Below, in pieces: positions 17,105 through 22,944 of a stretch of DNA of 22,944 nt. The first letter of the stretch is position 1. Every line of letters begins with the position of its first letter. The stretch comes from Candidatus Eiseniibacteriota bacterium. Its GTDB lineage: Bacteria; Joyebacterota; Joyebacteria; Joyebacterales; Joyebacteraceae. The stretch lies in NCBI GenBank assembly GCA_043819135.1, contig JBDRFG010000101.1, positions 1 through 22,944 on the forward strand, written 5' to 3'. The notes under the pieces were generated by a model. It ran no database searches, had not been told where the DNA came from, and saw only the letters and a list, made by a program, of their open reading frames with translations. The position numbers and the translations under genes were made by a program.

Positions 17105-17716
17105 CTACTCCACGATCCCGACGATGGTCTTGCAGTCGGTCGCACCAACAAGCGTGCGGATGTGGTCGGCGTCAGACTCCTTCGAGCCGTCGTAGGATAT
17201 CAGGGTCGCGTCCCCCCCCATCACGTGCATCTCGTAGGTGCCGTCGCCGAAGTGCTCGATAGCGTCGTAGCCGCAGGCGGTGACCTTCTTCATGCCGGTC
17301 TCCCCCGCCATCGCGGCCATCATCGGGTTCGAAACGAACATCCTCAGGCTCATGAGCATGGGCGAGTTCGCCGAGACGGTCATGTCGATCCTCGAGCCGT
17401 CCGGCGTCTTGTAGGTCCGGTCGACGACGAGCGTCGCAAAGAAGCCCGCGCCGATGGCCGACGCGTCGATACCCTCGGGGTCCTCCGCGGACCATCCCGA
17501 CGGAGGATCCGGCAGCGCGCCGATGAGCAGCTCGATGAGCTGCTGGTTGACAGCCGCGAGCGCCGTCTGGAGCTGAGTGCTCGCCTCCTTGAAATCACCA
17601 CCGCCGTACGCCTTGTCGGCCGCGGAGATGGCGTCGGTCACTTCGTCGGCCGCCGCGGCGCCCGCGAAGAGCGCGATCGCCAGCAGGGCCACAACTGAGA
17701 CTGAGAACTTCCTCAC
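17105..17716 (-). CDS. Secreted hypothetical protein with a Met-rich central segment
   Basis: GGAGGAGG SD, GTG start, signal peptide ending AAAA-DE, coding-like codon pattern. No function recognised. Confidence 0.8.
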   Translation of the reverse strand: MRKFSVSVVALLAIALFAGAAAADEVTDAISAADKAYGGGDFKEASTQLQTALAAVNQQLIELLIGALPDPPSGWSAEDPEGIDASAIGAGFFATLVVDRTYKTPDGSRIDMTVSANSPMLMSLRMFVSNPMMAAMAGETGMKKVTACGYDAIEHFGDGTYEMHVMGGDATLISYDGSKESDADHIRTLVGATDCKTIVGIVE

Positions 17717-17817
17717 GGTCGTATCCTCCTCCCCCTGGTCAGTTCGGGGCCTCGCTTCCGCCCCGCATTGCCCTATATCGGCATCCCGCCACTCTCACTC
17801 TGCATCCAAACATGGGG

Positions 17818-18222
17818 CTAGCCGCCGGAGCCCAGCGCGCCTATCATGACGGTGCGCGTCCTCGGGCCGTCGAACTCGCAGAAGAAGACGCCCTGCCACG
17901 TGCCGAGCGCGAGGGCGCCGCCCTCGACGAGCACGGTCTCGGAGCATCCGACCAGACTGGACTTGACGTGCGCGTCCGAGTTGCCCTCGGAGTGACGGTA
18001 TCCGTCGGAGTGCGGAACGAGGCGGCCGAGCTTCGAATCGATGTCTCTGACGACATCGGGGTCCGCGCTCTCGTTTATGGTGATGGCCCCGGTCGTGTGA
18101 GGACAGTAGACGAGCACCGCCCCGTCGGTCACTCCCAGTTCCTCGACGGCGCGCTGGACATCGCCCGTGATGTTGACAAGGGTGGTCCGAGATGATGTCC
18201 GCACGGTGAACGTCGTCCGCAT
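17818..18222 (-). CDS. yjbQ: YjbQ/UPF0047 family protein (secondary thiamine-phosphate synthase)
   Basis: HTTGAITINE..DPDV..D, HSEGNSDAHVKSSL and LGTWQGVFFCEFDGPR motifs. Confidence 0.95.
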   Translation of the reverse strand: MRTTFTVRTSSRTTLVNITGDVQRAVEELGVTDGAVLVYCPHTTGAITINESADPDVVRDIDSKLGRLVPHSDGYRHSEGNSDAHVKSSLVGCSETVLVEGGALALGTWQGVFFCEFDGPRTRTVMIGALGSGG

Positions 18223-18269
18223 GGTCCCCTCCCGCGTGCGTAGGCTGTCGGTGATGAGGTGATGAGTGG

Positions 18270-18298
18270 ATGGTAGCCAACTACGTCTGACGTGTCAA
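18270..18298 (-). promoter_or_regulatory. Sigma70 promoter for yjbQ
   Basis: Minus strand TTGACA (18298-18293), 17 bp spacer, TACCAT (18275-18270). Confidence 0.7.
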
Positions 18299-18329
18299 GA
18301 AAGCCCGAAAACCAAGGAGCCCGAACGAC

Positions 18330-20795
18330 ATGACTGACAGAAGCGAGCTGAGAGTCCCCGTGACCGGGATGACCTGCGCCGCGTGTGTCAGGCGCGTCGA
18401 GAAGGCGATCGCTTCCGTGCCCGGCGTCATTGAGGCGCCCGTCAACCTCGCTACAACGAGCGCGACCGTGACCTTCAACACCGGGGAGACCGGGGCGGCC
18501 GAGATCGCTGCGGCCATCACGAACGCGGGCTACGGAGTCGAAACCGAGCGTCTCGAGGGCGAGGTCGAGGGCATCTTCTGCGCGTCGTGCGTTCAGAAGA
18601 TAGAGGGCAATCTGCTGGCGCTGCCTGGCGTGCTGTCCGCAAGCGTGAATCTGGCTACCGCCAGGATCACCGTGGAGGCCGTCGCGGGCACCGTGACACG
18701 GGACGACATCGCGGAGGCCGCGGCGCGCGCCGGGGACTACCACGTCATCCCTGTCGCCGGAGAGGGTGCGGCGCACACCGACGGACCGAGCCGTGAAGAG
18801 CGGGAGGAAGCGAGCCTCCGGCGCGACCTCATCATCGCGGGGGCGCTCACCCTGCTGGTCTTCATAGGCAGCATGCCCATGCTGTTCCCGTTCGTCGAGC
18901 AGGTTCCAGTGCGCGTGAGATTCATCACGCTCTTCCTGCTGACGACACCCGTGATGTTCTGGGCCGGCGCGAGATTCTTCCGCGGGTTCTGGGCGGCGAC
19001 GAGACACCGCACCGCCGACATGAACACGCTGGTCGCCGTCGGCACTTCGACGGCATACGCTTACAGCACTGTCGCGACGTTCGCGCCGGGATTCCTGGCC
19101 GACGCGGCCGGGATGGTCCACGTCTACTTCGACACCAGCGCGATGATAATCACGCTGATACTCCTGGGACGCTTCCTCGAGCTGCGCGCGCGGGGTCGCG
19201 CGTCGCAGGCCATCAGAAGGTTGGCGGACCTCGCCCCGAGGACGGCGACGGTAGTGCGGAACGGCGACGAGATCGAGGTGCTGGTAGAACAGGTCGCGCC
19301 CGGCGACATCGTGCGCGTCAGGCCCGGCGAGAAGATCCCCGTGGACGGTGAGATCCTCAAGGGAACCTCGGCGGTCGACGAATCGATGATCACCGGCGAA
19401 AGCGTTCCCGTCGACAAGGGGCCTGGCGACGAGGTGGTCGGCGCCACGATCGTCCGAACGGGCAGTTTCGAGTTCCGCGCCACCCGGACCGGGCGCGAGA
19501 CCGTCCTCGCCAGCATCATCAAGATGGTGGAGGACGCGCAGGGTTCGAAGGCGCCGATCCAGCGGCTGGCTGACAAGGTCGCGGGCGTGTTCGTCCCGAC
19601 GGTCATCGGGCTCGCCGTCATTACGTTCGCCATCTGGCTCCTGCTGGGTCCCGCTCCGGTGTTCACAGGCGCGCTTCTCAGACTTGTCGCCGTTCTCATC
19701 ATCGCCTGTCCGTGCGCGATGGGGCTCGCGACGCCGACTGCGATCATGGTCGGGACGGGACGCGGCGCGGAGATGGGCGTGCTCATCAAGGGCGGCGAAA
19801 CGCTGGAGACCGCGCACAAACTCACCACGATAGTCCTCGACAAGACCGGAACGCTGACCAGGGGCGAGATGTCGTGCACCGACGTCGTCCCGGCAGACGG
19901 CGTCAGCGCCGATGAGCTCGTTCGGACCGCCGCCTCGGTGGAGAAGCACTCCGAACACCCGGTGGCCCAGGCGGTCGTGGCGAAGGCCCGCGAACTGGGG
20001 CTCGACCTGCGCGAGACGTCGGACTTCGAGGCGATTCCCGGCAGAGGCGTCTCAGCCGTTGTCGACGGGGCGCTCGTCCTCGTCGGAACGAAGGAACTCC
20101 TGCAGGAGCGCAGCGCGGCGGACATGAACGGTGGCGAACTCGCAGTCACCGAGTCACTGGCGGAGGCGCTCGCGGAGAAGGGACGGACACCGCTTCTCGT
20201 CACCGCCGGAGACCGGGTTCTCGGCACGCTTGCCGTCGCCGACACGCTGCGACCCGAAGCGGCCGACGCCGTATCGCGGCTGAGGGGGATGGGCATCGAG
20301 GTCGTGATGCTGACCGGCGACCGCGAGGTCATCGCACACGCCATCGGGGAGAGCGTCGGAGTGGACCGCGTCATCGCCGAGGTGCTCCCCGGCGAGAAGG
20401 CCGCGGTGATCGTGGCGCTGCAGAAGCAGGGCGCCTTCGTGGGGATGGTCGGAGACGGCATCAACGACGCTCCGGCCCTCGCGGCCGCGGACGTGGGTAT
20501 CGCCATAGGCACCGGCACGGACGTCGCCATCGAGGCGTCCGACATCACGCTGATGCGCGCCGACCTCATGGGAGTCGTGGCCGCGATCGAGCTCTCGAGG
20601 CGGACCATCAGGACCATCAGACAGAACCTCTTCTGGGCGTTTTTCTACAACACCGTGGGCATTCCGGTCGCCGCAGGCGCCCTCTACCCCGCCTTCGGCA
20701 TCCTCCTCCGGCCCGTCTTCGCGGCGGTCGCCATGGCGTTCTCGTCCGTTTCCGTGGTGGCGAACTCGCTCCGGCTTCGCAGGTCGCGCATCTGA
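18330..20795 (+). CDS. copA: Cu(I)-translocating P1B-1 ATPase
   Basis: Two HMA domains (GMTCAAC, GIFCASC), [26 protein letters not shown] and MAFSS motifs. Confidence 0.95.
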   Translation: MTDRSELRVPVTGMTCAACVRRVEKAIASVPGVIEAPVNLATTSATVTFNTGETGAAEIAAAITNAGYGVETERLEGEVEGIFCASCVQKIEGNLLALPGVLSASVNLATARITVEAVAGTVTRDDIAEAAARAGDYHVIPVAGEGAAHTDGPSREEREEASLRRDLIIAGALTLLVFIGSMPMLFPFVEQVPVRVRFITLFLLTTPVMFWAGARFFRGFWAATRHRTADMNTLVAVGTSTAYAYSTVATFAPGFLADAAGMVHVYFDTSAMIITLILLGRFLELRARGRASQAIRRLADLAPRTATVVRNGDEIEVLVEQVAPGDIVRVRPGEKIPVDGEILKGTSAVDESMITGESVPVDKGPGDEVVGATIVRTGSFEFRATRTGRETVLASIIKMVEDAQGSKAPIQRLADKVAGVFVPTVIGLAVITFAIWLLLGPAPVFTGALLRLVAVLIIACPCAMGLATPTAIMVGTGRGAEMGVLIKGGETLETAHKLTTIVLDKTGTLTRGEMSCTDVVPADGVSADELVRTAASVEKHSEHPVAQAVVAKARELGLDLRETSDFEAIPGRGVSAVVDGALVLVGTKELLQERSAADMNGGELAVTESLAEALAEKGRTPLLVTAGDRVLGTLAVADTLRPEAADAVSRLRGMGIEVVMLTGDREVIAHAIGESVGVDRVIAEVLPGEKAAVIVALQKQGAFVGMVGDGINDAPALAAADVGIAIGTGTDVAIEASDITLMRADLMGVVAAIELSRRTIRTIRQNLFWAFFYNTVGIPVAAGALYPAFGILLRPVFAAVAMAFSSVSVVANSLRLRRSRI

Positions 20796-20870
20796 CCCGG
20801 AGCCCGCCCGGATCTCGTCTGCGGGCACGGCAGGCAGTCGGAACCCCGTTGACTGGCAACCGGAATCCCA

Positions 20871-20900
20871 TTGACTGAGACTTCCATGTAGCTATATAAG
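20871..20900 (+). promoter_or_regulatory. Putative promoter of the lemA-smORF-htpX operon
   Basis: TTGACT (20871-20876) with TATATA at 16 bp or TATAAG at 18 bp spacing. Confidence 0.5.
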
Positions 20901-20989
20901 AGAGGGACGAATACGGCGCAGGCTGGGGGCGTATCTGGTGTGACAGCGCGCCCCGCGCGAGCGAGATACCCGAGCGAAAGGAGAACGCA

Positions 20990-21538
20990 ATGTGGTTGTT
21001 GCTTATCATCATCGTTGTGATCGCCGCATGGGTCGTCGCGATGTACAACGGGCTGGTCGTCCTGAGGAACCGCATAGAGAACGCGTGGTCCCAGATCGAC
21101 GTTCAGCTCAAGCGCCGAACAGACCTCATCCCGAACCTCATCGAGACGGTCAAGGGATACGCGTCGCACGAGAAGGAAGTCTTCTTGAAGGTCACTGAGG
21201 CGCGGTCCGCCCTGGTGAACGCGCAGGGCGTTCAGGACCAGGCTCAGGCCAACAACATGCTGACGGGCGCGCTGAAGACCCTGTTCGCGGTCGCCGAGAA
21301 TTACCCGGAGCTCAAGGCCAACCAGAACTTCATGATGCTGCAGGAGGAGCTGGCGGGCACGGAAAGTAAGATCGCCTACGCCCGTCAGTTCTACAATGAC
21401 ACCGTCCTCAAGTACGACAACAAGCGCGAGAAGTTCCCGTCCAACATCATCGCCAACATGTTCGGCTTCAAGGACAGGGAGTACTTCGAGGTCGCCGAGG
21501 CGGACCGCGAGCCGGTCAAGGTGGACTTCGGCTCGTAG
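20990..21538 (+). CDS. lemA: LemA family protein
   Basis: N-terminal [47 protein letters not shown] and FPSNIIA motifs. Confidence 0.97.
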   Translation: MWLLLIIIVVIAAWVVAMYNGLVVLRNRIENAWSQIDVQLKRRTDLIPNLIETVKGYASHEKEVFLKVTEARSALVNAQGVQDQAQANNMLTGALKTLFAVAENYPELKANQNFMMLQEELAGTESKIAYARQFYNDTVLKYDNKREKFPSNIIANMFGFKDREYFEVAEADREPVKVDFGS

Positions 21539-21598
21539 CGAGTCCAGCACTCGACGCCAACGTCGGGCACGATTCACCGAAGCAGTGAGGGGCCGAAG

Positions 21599-21763
21599 AT
21601 GGACAACGTGGTGTTCAAGATGATCCTGGCGCTTCTCTATCTCTTTGCCGGGCTCGGGCTCATCTTTGGAAGGCGCAGGCTCATCGAGGGCGGCAAGCCG
21701 CCGAACCTCGCGCTGCCCGCCGCGCTTCTGATACTGGCGGCGGTCATCACGCCCTTCCTCTAG
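21599..21763 (+). CDS. Small 54-aa two-TM membrane protein (not in the ORF track)
   Basis: GAGGGG SD; MDNVVFKMILALLYLFAGLGLIFGRRRLIEGGKPPNLALPAALLILAAVITPFL; fills the lemA-htpX gap and stops 12 nt before the htpX ATG. Confidence 0.72.
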   Translation: MDNVVFKMILALLYLFAGLGLIFGRRRLIEGGKPPNLALPAALLILAAVITPFL

Positions 21764-21775
21764 GATGAGCGCTCC

Positions 21776-22666
21776 ATGTGGGAACAGATAACCAGCAACC
21801 GAGTGAAGTCGGTCGTGCTCGTCGTCTTCTTCGTGGCGTTCGTGATCTTCCTCGGATGGATCTTCGGCAGAACCACCGTGTGGGGGCCCTACGCCCCCAT
21901 TCTGGCGGCGATCATCGCCGGCGTAGGTGCGTTCGTCAGCTACTACAAGAGCGACCAGATAGTCCTGGCCATCAGCAAGGCCCGTCTGGCTGACAAATCG
22001 CGGTACCCGCACCTCTACAACACCGTCGAGGGCCTCGCCATCGCGGCGGGGCTGCCCAAGCCCGCGCTCTACGTCATCGAGGACAGCGCACCAAACGCCT
22101 TCGCGACAGGCAGAAATCCGGAGCACGCGGCCATCGCCGTTACCACGGGGCTTCTCGAGAAGCTCGACCGCACGGAACTCGAGGGCGTCATCGGGCACGA
22201 AATGTCGCACATCGCGGACTACGACACGCTCCTGATGACCGTGACGGTCGTGCTCGTGGGGACGGTGGCGCTCGTCAGCGACTGGATGCTCAGGAGCTTC
22301 CTGTGGGGAGGACGCAGGCGAAGCCGAGGCACGGGAGGCGGTCAGGCAGGGATGATACTGATGCTGATTGCCCTGGCGCTCGCCGTACTCTCGCCGATCA
22401 TCGCGCAGCTCATCAGGATGGCGATATCCAGGCGCCGCGAGTTCCTTGCCGACGCCAACTCGGCGCGCCTCACGCGCTATCCCGCGGGCCTCGCCAGCGC
22501 GCTTGAGAAGATCGCCCGCGACAGAGAACCGCTCGAGGTCGCGAACAAGGCGACCGCTCACCTCTACATCGAGAACCCGCTCAAGGAACATGGCGGGAGG
22601 ATGAATTTCCTCTTCTCGACGCACCCTCCGGTGGAGCAGCGGATCACCGCCTTGAGGGCGATGTAG
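21776..22666 (+). CDS. htpX: Zinc metalloprotease HtpX (M48B)
   Basis: PNAFATGRNP, GVIGHEMSH, SRRREFLAD and LFSTHPP motifs. Confidence 0.96.
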   Translation: MWEQITSNRVKSVVLVVFFVAFVIFLGWIFGRTTVWGPYAPILAAIIAGVGAFVSYYKSDQIVLAISKARLADKSRYPHLYNTVEGLAIAAGLPKPALYVIEDSAPNAFATGRNPEHAAIAVTTGLLEKLDRTELEGVIGHEMSHIADYDTLLMTVTVVLVGTVALVSDWMLRSFLWGGRRRSRGTGGGQAGMILMLIALALAVLSPIIAQLIRMAISRRREFLADANSARLTRYPAGLASALEKIARDREPLEVANKATAHLYIENPLKEHGGRMNFLFSTHPPVEQRITALRAM

Positions 22667-22718
22667 AGAGGGAACGGCGCCGGCGACGTGACGGCAACAG
22701 ACAGACGAGAGACAATGA

Positions 22719-22747
22719 ACGGGGATGTCCGCCAGGGACATCCCCGT
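22719..22747 (+). terminator. Hairpin after htpX, probable terminator
   Basis: Perfect 12-bp stem acggggatgtcc/ggacatccccgt with a 5-nt loop; weak U-tail (attgcatt). Confidence 0.6.
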
Positions 22748-22804
22748 ATTGCATTCACAGTGTTCTCAGCAGCCTTGTTGCGGCGGCGCCCCGGCGATCG
22801 ACGC

Positions 22805-22944
22805 TAGACCATATGGAACAGCCGGGCCTCACCTGCTACCGTGGGTTAGCCCCCCCGGCAGGAGAAGCCAGAGCCATGAAAGGAGGCCCGGCCATGCGTG
22901 AGTATAGCACAGATACGATCTGGGTTGGACTCGACGTCCACCAG
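22805..22944 (+). mobile_element. Left end of an IS110-family insertion sequence (boundary approximate)
   Basis: Short non-coding leader starting near ATATGGAA, a 10-bp inverted repeat and an AAGGAGG SD preceding an IS110-like N-terminus. Confidence 0.6.
22894..22944 (+). CDS. IS110-family recombinase/transposase, first 17 codons
   Basis: MREYSTDTIWVGLDVHQ matches the G(L/I)DxH first catalytic Asp motif of the DEDD RuvC-like domain; strong SD. Only 17 aa are visible. Confidence 0.75.
   Translation, partial: MREYSTDTIWVGLDVHQ

Noticed and set aside
18129..20617. 609-aa and 497-aa track ORFs overlapping copA
   Set aside because: Alternative-frame shadows of a fully motif-supported P-type ATPase.
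21545..21570. CAGCACTC, resembling a CIRCE half-site near htpX
   Set aside because: No matching GAGTGCTAA half-site 9 bp downstream.
20684..22741. 685-aa minus-strand ORF spanning lemA-htpX
   Set aside because: Antisense to three supported genes, with no SD or recognisable domain; long, but expected in GC-rich DNA.
22760..22780. TTCTCAGCAGCCT, reminiscent of an IS terminal repeat
   Set aside because: Single short match with no partner repeat or associated transposase in the window.

Overview
GC-rich chromosomal window from a diderm bacterium. LpxH, a PorV/PorQ-like barrel and a short Bacteroidota-like RpoD-family sigma suggest an FCB-related lineage (inference). Left half, all minus strand, in transcription order: a small coiled-coil gene, degP/htrA and a sigma70-family factor, then a likely operon of two M16-family proteins, an AMIN/LysM amidase, a CdaR/YbbR-like protein, tsaD and priA (priA runs off the left edge and is absent from the ORF track). 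Right half: lpxH, a PorV/PorQ-family gene, two lipoproteins built from three copies of one NTF2/SnoaL-like unit, a CPBP protease, a secreted hypothetical, yjbQ, copA, lemA, an unannotated 54-aa membrane protein, htpX and the first 17 codons of an IS110-family recombinase. Most notable: (1) a recurring WGx(I/L)Kx(L/I/M)F tail closing each lipoprotein unit, flanked by PorV-like and CPBP genes, a candidate sorting signal; (2) both M16 proteins lack the zinc motif; (3) the sigma factor has a natural Q437H-equivalent; (4) two long structured leaders sit behind clear sigma70 promoters. No CRISPR array, tRNA or rRNA was seen. All family calls come from motif recognition, not database searches.
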